The notes under the pieces are model-generated. The model did not search any database and was not told the origin of the DNA. It worked only from the letters and a program-made list of their open reading frames with translations. A stretch of DNA of 64,000 bases from an uncultured Phycisphaerales bacterium. Lineage in GTDB: Bacteria > Planctomycetota > Phycisphaerae > Tepidisphaerales > Tepidisphaeraceae. The first letter of the stretch is position 1. Every line of letters begins with the position of its first letter. Below, piece by piece: positions 1 through 9,541 of the stretch. A program made the position numbers and the translations under genes. The stretch spans positions 800,001 to 864,000 of the forward strand of contig CAVWVQ010000003.1 in NCBI GenBank assembly GCA_963758525.1, written 5' to 3'.

Positions 1-32
1 GACGCAGCAATTGGGGCGTTCCAATGGCAATC

Positions 33-355
33 TCAAGCCCCAATTTCGCGGAGAAACGCCACGGGGCTGACGATGCGAAGGTTCGGATAGAGGGTGAGTC
101 ATGGCTTGGAATCCCGACGTTCCTGCCATGCTTCATCGCGGAGCCCTTCGTAGAATTCGTCCAAATCTTCCCCGCTCATTCGGCTCTCGGCAACTTACTT
201 CCGGAAAGGCGCGAGAATCTCATCGATGGTGCGCGGCGCCTGAAGCTTTTCCTCCAGCGCTCTCGCGCAAACGTAGTGGCATCCTTCCCGAGATCGGCGG
301 CGCGCTGCCGAAGTTTGTCTTCTAAATCGGGTGGAAGTGTGATGATCAAATCCAT
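33..355 (-). pseudogene. Decayed RHH-antitoxin/PIN-toxin pair: antitoxin 99..355 with frameshift and stop; only the toxin C-terminal tail remains (33..98)
   Basis: Manual translation gives MDLIITLPPDLEDKLRQRAADLGKD..[fs]ALEEKLQAPRTIDEILAPFRK*VAESRMSGEDLDEFYE, then LTLYPNLRIVSPVAFLREIGA*, which resembles a PIN toxin C-terminus. Confidence 0.55.
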
Positions 356-398
356 CGCTGGATTTTACGCCGGTTGTTTAGCCGGAACAAACTCGGTC

Positions 399-1955
399 TT
401 ATTTCATCCGCTCGATCAGATGATCCGCGACGCGAATCGCGTTGGCGATGATCGTCAGCGAAGGATTCACCGCCCCGCAGGAAGGGAAGAACGCCGCGTC
501 AACGACATACAGATTATCCAGATCGTGCGCTTTGCAGTTCAGGTCGAGAACCGATTGGGTTGGATCGGTTCCGAACCGGCAGGTGCCGTTCTGATGACCG
601 ACGCCCTCGATGGGAATATCTTTCTTGAAATAGGCGTGCCAGTCGAAAACCGCGTGGGCATGGCCGGAGCGCTTCAGGACATCCACCCATCGGTCCTTGA
701 GACGTTTGAACGACGTGAGGTTATTCGGCTTGTATTCGAGTCGAATCCCGCCGTCGACGATGCGCACGCGATTGTTGGGATCAGGAAGATCTTCGGTCAT
801 GAGCCACCAGGGAACCGTGTGATTCTTTGCGATCTGGAGGGCGAAGCCGGGCGTCAGCGCCGGAGCATCGCTTTTCATCATCTCCTTCTGAAACGAACCC
901 ACCGGCTGCACGCTCCCCATCGGATAGGCATACCCCGGCTCGCCGAAGTAGAAATCGTTGATGCCGAAGGTCTTCATGTATTTGCTGGGGTTTTCGTCGG
1001 TCGACAGCGCGACCATGGCGTTGGAATTGTGATACATGAAGTTGCGGCCGACCATGTCAGACGTATTGGCCAAACCCGTCGGGAAGCGGTCGCTGGCGCT
1101 TTGCAGCAGCAGAGCGGCCGAGTTAATCGCGCCGCACGCCAGCACGATCACATCCCCGGTAAAGCTCGCCGGGCCCTTGCGGCCGCTGGCCGGATCATCC
1201 ATCTCCACTTCGACGCCGGTGACGGAAGTGCCGGTCGGATTCGTCACCACGCGCGTCACCTTTGTGCTGGTCAGGAGCGTGACGTTGGGCAGATCCATCA
1301 CGGGTCGCACGCAGTCGATATCCGCGTCGGCCTTCGCATGGATCAAACAGGGAAATCCGTCACAGGTATCGCAGCGAATGCAGGCGCTGCGGAGCCGGTC
1401 GGCTTCGTTGAGCTTCAGTCCGAGGGGAACCGGAAACGGCTTGTACCCAAGGGCGGCGACGCCATCCTGAATCTCCTGCATCCGCGGCTCGTTGGACACC
1501 GCGGGAAATGGATACTCCTCGCTGCGCGGCGGTTCCGTCGGATCGATCCCGCTCTTCCCATGCACGCAGAAGAGCTTCTCGGCACGCGTGTAATACGGTT
1601 CAAACACGTCATATTTGAGCGGCCACTCCGGCGAGATGCCCCCTTCGTGCTGGAGTGTCTCGAAGTCCTGCACGCGCAGGCGGAACATTGCCGCGCCGTA
1701 GACCTTGGTGTTGCCCCCGACCCAGTAACCGGTGCCGGGGCAAATTTTCTTCCCGTTGTGGTCCGTCCAGGTTTCGGTCGTGTGATAGCGATTTTTCAGG
1801 AAGACGGCGGTCGTGTCCCAGTTTTCCTTTTCCCGCGGAAGAAACGGGCCGCGCTCCAGGACCAGCAGCTTTTTGCCCGCTCGCGCCAACTCATGAACCA
1901 GCGTTCCCCCGCCGGCGCCGGTCCCCACGATGATCACGTCGTAATGCTCGCCCAT
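399..1955 (-). CDS. GMC family FAD oxidoreductase
   Basis: N-terminal DVIIVGTGAGGG FAD motif, VGGNTKVYGA, C-terminal HQNGTCRFG and VNPSLTIIANAIRVAD; purine-rich RBS. Confidence 0.93.
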   Translation of the reverse strand: MGEHYDVIIVGTGAGGGTLVHELARAGKKLLVLERGPFLPREKENWDTTAVFLKNRYHTTETWTDHNGKKICPGTGYWVGGNTKVYGAAMFRLRVQDFETLQHEGGISPEWPLKYDVFEPYYTRAEKLFCVHGKSGIDPTEPPRSEEYPFPAVSNEPRMQEIQDGVAALGYKPFPVPLGLKLNEADRLRSACIRCDTCDGFPCLIHAKADADIDCVRPVMDLPNVTLLTSTKVTRVVTNPTGTSVTGVEVEMDDPASGRKGPASFTGDVIVLACGAINSAALLLQSASDRFPTGLANTSDMVGRNFMYHNSNAMVALSTDENPSKYMKTFGINDFYFGEPGYAYPMGSVQPVGSFQKEMMKSDAPALTPGFALQIAKNHTVPWWLMTEDLPDPNNRVRIVDGGIRLEYKPNNLTSFKRLKDRWVDVLKRSGHAHAVFDWHAYFKKDIPIEGVGHQNGTCRFGTDPTQSVLDLNCKAHDLDNLYVVDAAFFPSCGAVNPSLTIIANAIRVADHLIERMK

Positions 1956-2037
1956 GAGTCCTTCCTGAATCGCAGTTGGTTCAATGCGTCGCTGTCGCAG
2001 TTGCCGCAGGCCGCAGTTTAGGCGTTATAATGCGCGG

Positions 2038-2829
2038 ATGCACGCGAGCCCCTTTCCAGGAATGGACCCATACCTTCAATCGCGCTGGCCGGACGTGCAT
2101 GCGAAGTTGATTGCCTGCATCGGCGAGGCACTGCAGCCTCTGCTCCCCGGAGATTTGCGGGCGCGTTCAGAGGAAAGAATCCTTCTTGAGTCGTTTGAGG
2201 GACAGACCCCAAGACGATATCGCGGCGATGTCGCGATCGTCGAGGGGAGATCTGCTCCCGCGTCACGCATCGTGGCGGGCGCCGCGACGATTGAGCCAAT
2301 CATCATCGAGTTCTCTGACGAGCCGCGCGTGGACCGCCTCGTCCAGATCATCGACATCGCCAATGGAGGGCGCGTGGTGACGGCAATCGAGGTTCTCAGT
2401 CCATGGAATAAAGCCGCCGGTCGGCTGAACGACGGCTACCTGCGCGAACTGGAAGATTATGCCCGAGCCGGTGTCAGCGTCGTCGAGATCGACCTGCTGC
2501 GAGGTTCGCGCTCGCGGATGATCGTGACGGATGACGACCTGCCTGCCGATCGACGCTCGGAGTATCTGCTAGCCTTGCGGCGTGGATGGGCGGGCCATCG
2601 ATGGGAAGTGTATCCCATCCCGCTCAGGCAGCGGCTGCCAGCCGTCCCCATCCCGTTGCGGGAGACAGGGCCGGACGTGCTCCTGGATTTGCAGCCTTTG
2701 ATCGAGCGCGTGTATATCGCGGGAGGACACGACGATATTGATTACGACAAACCAATTGATCTGCCTCTCGACGACGCCGACGCCCAGTGGGCACGAGAGT
2801 TGGTTCGAGGTCGGAACGATCGATGTTGA
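2038..2829 (+). CDS. DUF4058 family protein (PD-(D/E)XK-like, expanded in planctomycetes)
   Basis: Starts MHASPFPGMDPYL..WPDVH; contains TAIEVLSPWNK, VEIDLLRG and LPAVPIPLR..DVLLDLQ. Confidence 0.85.
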   Translation: MHASPFPGMDPYLQSRWPDVHAKLIACIGEALQPLLPGDLRARSEERILLESFEGQTPRRYRGDVAIVEGRSAPASRIVAGAATIEPIIIEFSDEPRVDRLVQIIDIANGGRVVTAIEVLSPWNKAAGRLNDGYLRELEDYARAGVSVVEIDLLRGSRSRMIVTDDDLPADRRSEYLLALRRGWAGHRWEVYPIPLRQRLPAVPIPLRETGPDVLLDLQPLIERVYIAGGHDDIDYDKPIDLPLDDADAQWARELVRGRNDRC

Positions 2830-2880
2830 TGGCGAGGGCCAATAGTCTTTTTCATCGGCGATTCCATCAATACGCTGGGA

Positions 2881-3809
2881 TCACCTCCGAAACTCCCCAA
2901 TCAGCGCCGCCAGCGTCGACTTGACGTCATCCAGCGTCCCCACCGCCAGCAGAATGCGATATTGATACTCACCAAATACACCCTTGGTATCCCGGACCCG
3001 GTACACGCAGTTCCACTTCACAACCTGCTGAGCTTTGAATTTCCACCGGCCGTAGCGAGGACCAACTTCGCCCCGCGGCGCGTCCGAGCCGGGGAAAAAG
3101 TGCCCATCGCAAATCGGCCGTCCGCCGTCGAGAAGACGATGGGCAGAGTTTGCTCTCCCGGACCGTCGTCCAGTGAATCGAGTTCGTTTTTACTCGCGTC
3201 ATACGTCCAGAACTTCTCAAACTCAGGCGGCATGTATCCCGTCAACGCCTCCATTACACAGGAGGTATCGCGCTCGCCTGCCGGAATCGTCACCGTCACG
3301 CGATAATCAATCGCGTGCGGCAGACCAGGCATGCCAATCTGCACGCGCTTGGCCAGCAGATGATCCGAGAGAAGGATCTTGTTCCGCGCGGGATGCCCGC
3401 CCGACGTTTCCCCCGGCTTCAGCCAGAACGCGGGCCGCGAAAGCGTGGTCAGAATATTCCTCTCGGCATGCAATTGCAGAAGTTTGCTGGAGGAAGTTGG
3501 TCCAGCCCCATCATCCCGCGCGCCCGCTTCGGTGGGATTGAGCGTCTCGGATTGAATCGGGGTAATCCCGGCATCGGCGTTCCAAGCGGTCTGCAGTTGC
3601 CGGCCATGGTCGGCAGAGTTGATAAACTCCTGTCCGCCCCACGTCAGAGAATGAATCGCGCCCCCCACTCGCGAGGTGGTCGTAATCACGATTTCCGATT
3701 CGCCAACCTTGGCACGAATCACGGAGTCGCCGCTGACCTCTTTGTCGCGGTCGCCTTCGGCGGCACCGCCGGCAAGGATGGCGCGAAAGACAATAGCAAC
3801 AAAACCCAT
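2881..3809 (-). CDS. Secreted hypothetical protein with a frameshift near 3065
   Basis: ORF 3018..3884 continues in another frame as GPRYGRWKFKAQQVVKWNCVYR..LAVGTLDDVKSTL to a TGA at 2881; start position uncertain. Confidence 0.6.
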
Positions 3810-4036
3810 CGCCCGAATCCGCAACCACCACACGCATCGCTGCTTCGTTCCGCGTCGCCCGGTCGATATGTCTTTGCACGACAATGGTTATCTCCTGGTC
3901 ATCGGACCGTGGGCTTACACCCCGAGCCATTGTTGTTTTTTTGTCCGCATTGACGGCTTTCGGATTACGCCGCGACTTTCCGGGTCGCCGGGCGTCATGC
4001 AAACGCAATTCTAGAACGTGCCCACAAACAGAGCGG

Positions 4037-4060
4037 AGCCGCGGATGTACATCCGCGGCT
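4037..4060. repeat. Perfect 24-bp palindrome (REP-like)
   Basis: AGCCGCGGATGTACATCCGCGGCT is its own reverse complement; intergenic. Confidence 0.8.
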
Positions 4061-4120
4061 TCTTGTCCCACGGACGCGGCTGATCCGATCGAGCTTTAAA
4101 AAATAGTTACCCGGCTCGCG

Positions 4121-4462
4121 CTATTGGTGGCCGACGCCTTGATCGACCGACACAATCGCCGATCGGGTCGCGCCGGTGAGCGAGCACTTGGGGTCCAGCA
4201 CGCCGGTTTGGAAATACTTGATCGCCGCGGCCTTGCATTCCGGACACACTTTGTTGCCCGCGGAGCACATAACGACCGGCTCGTTGGGGTCGACCGAAGA
4301 CAGGTAGACCGTGTAGTTACCGGTGTTGCCGCCGCTGACAACGATCGCACGCTGCGGCGAAGCCATCGCCTGCGCGGTCGTGGGACCGGAACTCTGACAG
4401 CTTGCAAGAATCAGCATCGCCAATGCGGCGGCGGCGACGAGACCGGTGCGTTGCATGAACAT
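4121..4462 (-). CDS. Small Cys-rich lipoprotein
   Basis: RBS AAGGAG; signal peptide with lipobox ILAS-C; CPEC motif plus two further Cys. Confidence 0.7.
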   Translation of the reverse strand: MFMQRTGLVAAAALAMLILASCQSSGPTTAQAMASPQRAIVVSGGNTGNYTVYLSSVDPNEPVVMCSAGNKVCPECKAAAIKYFQTGVLDPKCSLTGATRSAIVSVDQGVGHQ

Positions 4463-4837
4463 GATGAACTCTCCTTTGGAAATTCCGTGTTCGTCGTTGC
4501 GACGCCGCAGACGACGATCATCCTTCACCGTTCCAAAGCGGCATGGATTCTATTTGGAGCAATTATCGCAGCGGCAGTTGAAACGACTTCATCGCGCCGC
4601 CAACGACCTCACTTTACCTTCAATCCCCGACAGCCCCGAAATATTTCGTGAATACCGCACATCAGTTACACCATGCCCGCCAATTCGCGAGCGATCATTC
4701 TCGTCGCTGCATGTACTTTCCCCTCAATCTCTCCGAAAATCGTAGGCCGCTGGCGCACTCCAGAGACGTTCCACTAAATGACCTTACGCGAACACGCGCT
4801 GCCAATCTCCGAGGATCCGCGCGAACCCGTGAAGCGG

Positions 4838-4925
4838 GAACACGAATCTGCACGAATTCGCACGAATAAACGCGGAGGAAATCTGCTTCGTGAAGATTCG
4901 TGCGAATTCGTGTCGATTCGTGTTC
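4838..4925. repeat. Inverted array of 10-nt-period CACGAAT units (REP-like hairpin)
   Basis: Three CACGAAT units at 10-nt spacing, followed by four (A)TTCGTG units. Confidence 0.8.
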
Positions 4926-5049
4926 TGCATTTCCCGGTCACTCCAGACCGGGCGGGATCGCGCACAGCCATTTAGTTTAGGCTGGCAGCGTCAGACGCAA
5001 GCCGAACCCGCACGGAGTTTTCAGACAGAGCGTGGCCCCATGACAAGAG

Positions 5050-6043
5050 TCATTCCCTCGGCCGCAGGTAGTTCCGCCGAATGCGCGGCCGGTACGTGGC
5101 CGTCGCGCCTTCACCCGTCGCCAGCTTCGGGAACACCTGCAGATGCACGACCACTTTTTCGTTCCACACGAGCGAAGCCGCAGCGAGATCACTCTCTTCC
5201 ATCCGCCATTCCTTGCCGTCGCCCGGCGGGCTGAAGCTCTCCCATTTCGCGGCGATCAGACGATCCAGCGTCGAGCGGATGACCTGCCCCTCATCCGACT
5301 CCGGCAAGGCCGGATCGACCGGAGCTTCGAGCAGATCGATGGCATAACTGTCTACCAGCGATTCCCAAAAATACTTGAGCGTCGAATGCCGATCGAACAG
5401 ATCGAGCCCCTGGAACGTTCCCGCGTGAAATACTGCCACCCCAACTGCTTCGGCGGGCAATTGCAGACTGACGCGGAATGCACGCAGATCGACATCTCGC
5501 TTCGCGTAGGCATCGCTCAATGCGCTCGTCGGACTGCTGGCGCCGGATGCGTGCAATGACTCCTGCACTTCGTTCCAGACCGCTCTCTGGTCGGCGTCGT
5601 GTCCTCCCCCCGATTTGAGATTCTCATGCACACGCGCGAGCTTCGCGGACCGCACGCGATGACTCGCGGACTTGCCGCTGGAGAAACGCCTGGCTGACAT
5701 GATGCCATCGTCCCTGCTCGACACAACTGACCGGAATCTTCAGTGTCGAGCTGGCGGGAACCAGTACATCGGTGTTCAAGATGCGATTCTGCTTCGCTCC
5801 AACGAGTTCCTGACCATCCATCAGGAACACCCTCACGTCGAGCTTGTTCTCGACTTGCAGCTCCGGCACGCTTCCGCTCTGGCTGATCTCCGTGACGACC
5901 ACGCAGCTCAGCGTCTCCGGTCGCAATAGTTCGTACGGCGGCCGCTCATGCGAGCGGCCCAGGATCGGAATGAACTTGAGCTTCTGCCCCTGGCTGCGGT
6001 CAGGAGAGACTGTCTTGGCCCGGTTGGAAATTGCTTTTGGCAT
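5050..6043 (-). CDS. ARPP-1/DUF6569-like protein, frameshift near 5685
   Basis: VTEISQSGSVPELQVEN..VFLMDGQELVGAKQNRILNTDVLVP..IPVSCVEQGRW joins to DQRAVWNEV..GLDLFD..LVDSYAID; RBS AAGGAG; the shift lies in an A3 run. Confidence 0.8.
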
Positions 6044-6084
6044 CGTGCTCCTTTTTGTTGCCCCCCCTTCAATAGCAGACGCTC

Positions 6085-6102
6085 CTGACAACAGTGTGTC
6101 AG
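6085..6102. promoter_or_regulatory. Candidate WYL-regulator operator CTGACA-N6-TGTCAG
   Basis: Perfect inverted repeat ~40 nt upstream of the ARPP-1-like start, in the divergent intergenic region. Confidence 0.6.
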
Positions 6103-6223
6103 TGAGCCGGCAAGATTAATTTGGCGAATCCATTCTGGCGGTTACGATCTCGCTCACCATTCGCTGTCGTGCATGAATTGATCAGTTTATTCCTGCCCGG
6201 TTTCTGATCGCGGGGTAACAGAT

Positions 6224-7213
6224 ATGGCTGCGAATTACTCCCGGATTCATCGGCTGCTTAAAATTCTCACGCTCATTCAGGGCTCCAAAGGCTGGACGCC
6301 AAAACACCTGGCGCACGAATGCAAGGCCGCTGAGCGGACGATTTACCGCGACATGAAAATGCTCGGCGCCGCGGGCATCCCCTGCTTCTATGACGATGAT
6401 GCCAAGTGCTATGGCGTCCAGCGCGATTTCTTCATGCCGCCCGTGCAGTTGACGCTCGACGAATCCCTCGCTCTGGCGGCCCTGGCCGAGCATGTCGGCG
6501 GGCAGGAGCAGGTTCCATTCACCAAAGCCGCTGCCCGTGCAATCAGCAAGATTCGCGGCCAGCTCCCTGCGCCCATTCGCCGGGAGCTTGAGCAGATCGA
6601 GGACCACGTCGCCATCAAGCTCGCGGCAACGCACCCGCCCGAGGCCTCTGCCGACGTCTACGAAAAGATACGGTCGGCTCTTTCGCAAAAGCTGGCGCTG
6701 CGATGCCAGTACGAATCCGTTTCAAGCGGCGCGAAGAAAAACGGCCAGGCTTTCCTCCTCAAACCCTACACGCTCTTCTTCAATCAGCGGGCGTGGTACG
6801 TCGCCGGCCATCACAGCAAGCACGATGACATTCGCTGCCTGAAATTGAACCGATTCAGCCGCGTCCAGCCAACGGATCACCCCTACTCGATTCCCAAGTC
6901 CTACTCACTGGACAAACACCTCGGCAACGCCTGGCGGATGATTCGCGGCGACAGCACGTTCAAAGTGGAACTGCACTTCGATCCAGGGTTTGCCGAGACG
7001 ATCGCCGATACGCACTGGCATGCGACTCAGGATGTGATCTGGAACGATGATGAGTCAATCACGTTCCGATGCAAAGTGGACGGGCTGGAGGAGATTATCT
7101 GGTGGGTATTGAGCATGGGCCCGCACTGCACGGTGAAGAAGCCAATGGAACTGATCGAGAAGGTGAAGACGCTGACGGCGGCAATGGCCGCCAAATATTC
7201 CGCGCCCGCCTGA
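6224..7213 (+). CDS. HTH-WYL-WCX transcriptional regulator (YafY/PafBC/DriD-like)
   Basis: wHTH ..ERTIYRDMKML; WYL domain PYTLFFNQRAWYVAG..LKLNRF; WCX domain EEIIWWVLSMGPHCTVKKP. Confidence 0.93.
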   Translation: MAANYSRIHRLLKILTLIQGSKGWTPKHLAHECKAAERTIYRDMKMLGAAGIPCFYDDDAKCYGVQRDFFMPPVQLTLDESLALAALAEHVGGQEQVPFTKAAARAISKIRGQLPAPIRRELEQIEDHVAIKLAATHPPEASADVYEKIRSALSQKLALRCQYESVSSGAKKNGQAFLLKPYTLFFNQRAWYVAGHHSKHDDIRCLKLNRFSRVQPTDHPYSIPKSYSLDKHLGNAWRMIRGDSTFKVELHFDPGFAETIADTHWHATQDVIWNDDESITFRCKVDGLEEIIWWVLSMGPHCTVKKPMELIEKVKTLTAAMAAKYSAPA

Positions 7214-7221
7214 CACGACGT

Positions 7222-7240
7222 AGACAGCGCGCCTGTCAGG
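7222..7240. promoter_or_regulatory. Second WYL-box-like inverted repeat AGACA-N7-TGTCAGG
   Basis: Lies just after the WYL stop and before ORF 7250; an extra CCTGACA half-site at 7209-7215. Confidence 0.4.
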
Positions 7241-7249
7241 ATTTTCAAC

Positions 7250-7531
7250 ATGACCAGGGGGACACGATTCGGCAGGGACGCCGTGAAGCGCAGAAATTCA
7301 GAATACCGGGCGGTTCGTCTCGCACTGCTGCGCACGCTGCGCGACCTGCGACGGTCGGTGATCGCGGGCAGACCGATGACGCTGCCGAATTGCCTGCGGC
7401 TTTGCCGGAGGCGTTTGGCGGGAAAGGAGAATGATTCGAATGTGCTGCGGTTGCTGGCATCGATTTATCGGCGACATCAGCCGTTTAGGTTAGGGGCGCA
7501 TGTGATCCGCATCGGGGGGAATGAAACGTGA
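7250..7531 (+). CDS. Small basic hypothetical protein
   Basis: 93-aa ORF after the WYL gene and a candidate operator; no recognised family. Confidence 0.3.
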   Translation: MTRGTRFGRDAVKRRNSEYRAVRLALLRTLRDLRRSVIAGRPMTLPNCLRLCRRRLAGKENDSNVLRLLASIYRRHQPFRLGAHVIRIGGNET

Positions 7532-7704
7532 GGCGGCAGCCGTAGACCGCGCGGGCCTTTCTTGTGCGGGCCGGCATCCTGAATAAAAAGGGGAAGGGAC
7601 TGGCCAAATATCATTGCAAAAGCAGCGTCCGATGCGAAAGGCGCCCATTCCAAGAGGCATCAGAAACGCGATAACCCCGTAATTCAACGGGGCTTACCTT
7701 TAAT

Positions 7705-7777
7705 AGCCACCTATCAGAGTCGAACTGATAACCCCCGCTTTACAAAAGCGGTGCTCTGCCAATTGAGCTAAGGTGGC
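7705..7777 (-). tRNA. tRNA-Thr (anticodon TGT), CCA not encoded
   Basis: Reverse complement GCCACCTTAGCTCAATTGGCAGAGCACCGCTTTTGTAAAGCGGGGGTTATCAGTTCGACTCTGATAGGTGGCT folds into a cloverleaf with anticodon stem CCGCT/AGCGG. Confidence 0.96.
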
Positions 7778-8017
7778 GCGAATGGAACGGAAAAATCTTA
7801 TCTCGCGGATCGGCGCACGTCCATGCTGAGTTGCTGACAGTGTTGACGATGCCGTCCTGGGTGTGCATCTTTAGCCGCCTCGCTTGCGGGGCGTGTCCAG
7901 CGGCGCGGGTCCTCAGCATGGCGCGGTTTGCGACAGTAGCGCAGTCGGACACGCCTCGCAAGCGAGGCGGCTAAAGAACTTCGAGTGCTGCGCACACGGC
8001 GAGCTCTGAAACGCTTT

Positions 8018-8866
8018 CTAAACTGATGGTACATCCTCCGGCAGCGCCAGCGCCTCGCGCAGATTCGCGCCGAGGATTTTCGCTTGATCCTCTTCGCTCA
8101 AATCCAGCGCGCGGATCGTATTGATCGCGGTCTCGATCTGGCTCTCCAGGTTGTACGGAAAATCGAGGCCGAAGATGAGCTGATCGACGCCGGCCTGGAG
8201 AATCAACTCGTTGAGCCGTTCGGGCGGGAGATACCAGAACCGAAGATGGCGCGGCGTCAGGCAACTGGTCAGCCCGGCGTAGACCCTGCAGCGCCGGCCG
8301 GGGACGGGAGGGTAGGGAATGTGATTGACGATGACGGCAAGCGCCCCGGGGAAGAAGCTGTAGCCGCCGACGTGCTCCATGCTGAAGCGCAGATCGGGGA
8401 ACTTCCAGGCGATTTCGTCAAAGTGCCGCACGTCGACCCCTTTGAGCGGATAGCGGTGCACGCCGGAGTGGAAGGTGATGAATAATTCCTGCGCCTCGGC
8501 GGCGGCGTACGCCTTAAGCGCGGGCGGAGAGAGCAGATCGAATTTCTGGGCGTTGGGATGGAGCTTGAGCCCGCGCAGGCCCAGGGACTTGGCGTGGCGG
8601 ACCTGCGCTTCGATGTCGGGGAGCGTGAGATCGAGCGTGCCGAAGCCGAAGAGGCGGGGTTGTCCCCATATTTCCCGCGCGAGCCAGTCGTTGGGTTGCG
8701 CCTGGTGGAAGCCGGCTTTTTCAAACTGATGGGGAAACGGCGCGAAGCAGACGGCCTGGTCGATGCCGGTGTTGTCGAGGAGTTTGAGCAAGCGGTCGAT
8801 GGTGCCGTCGGGGTTGACCGAAGCGGGAAAGACGTGGGCGTGATTCGCGAAGATGCGGATGGGCAT
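8018..8866 (-). CDS. Amidohydrolase family protein (Amidohydro_2-like)
   Basis: HAH metal motif, GLRGLKLHP, FHSG, MEHVGG, LIFGLDFPY, KILGAN. Confidence 0.88.
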   Translation of the reverse strand: MPIRIFANHAHVFPASVNPDGTIDRLLKLLDNTGIDQAVCFAPFPHQFEKAGFHQAQPNDWLAREIWGQPRLFGFGTLDLTLPDIEAQVRHAKSLGLRGLKLHPNAQKFDLLSPPALKAYAAAEAQELFITFHSGVHRYPLKGVDVRHFDEIAWKFPDLRFSMEHVGGYSFFPGALAVIVNHIPYPPVPGRRCRVYAGLTSCLTPRHLRFWYLPPERLNELILQAGVDQLIFGLDFPYNLESQIETAINTIRALDLSEEDQAKILGANLREALALPEDVPSV

Positions 8867-8900
8867 AGGAATGGGGAGGAGTCAGGAGGGAATACGGGGA

Positions 8901-9054
8901 GGAGCCAGAAGTCAGGAGCAAGGAGCCAGAAGGGAAGAGGAAAATGCAAATCGGCCGTCGTCTCTTCGCTTCTGACTCCTGACTGAGGAGCCAGAAGTCA
9001 GGAGCAAGGAGCCAGAAGGGAAGAGGAAAATGCAAATCGGCCGTCGTCTCTTCG

Positions 9055-9065
<11 letters not shown>
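8901..9065. repeat. Two tandem ~87-bp hairpin units built from heptamers
   Basis: GGAGCCAGAAGTCAGGAGCAAGG..TCTTCGCTTCTGACTCC occurs twice, starting near 8901 and 8988. Confidence 0.85.

Positions 9066-9540
<475 letters not shown>

Positions 9541-9541
<1 letters not shown>

Noticed and set aside
24..2021. Long antisense ORFs (also 10202..11431, 23282..24559, 30415..31578, 45019..46335, 54971..56278)
   Set aside because: Shadows of well-supported opposite-strand genes in high-GC DNA
7213..7705. Prophage or integrative element at tRNA-Thr
   Set aside because: No integrase and no duplicated tRNA-Thr 3' end in the window
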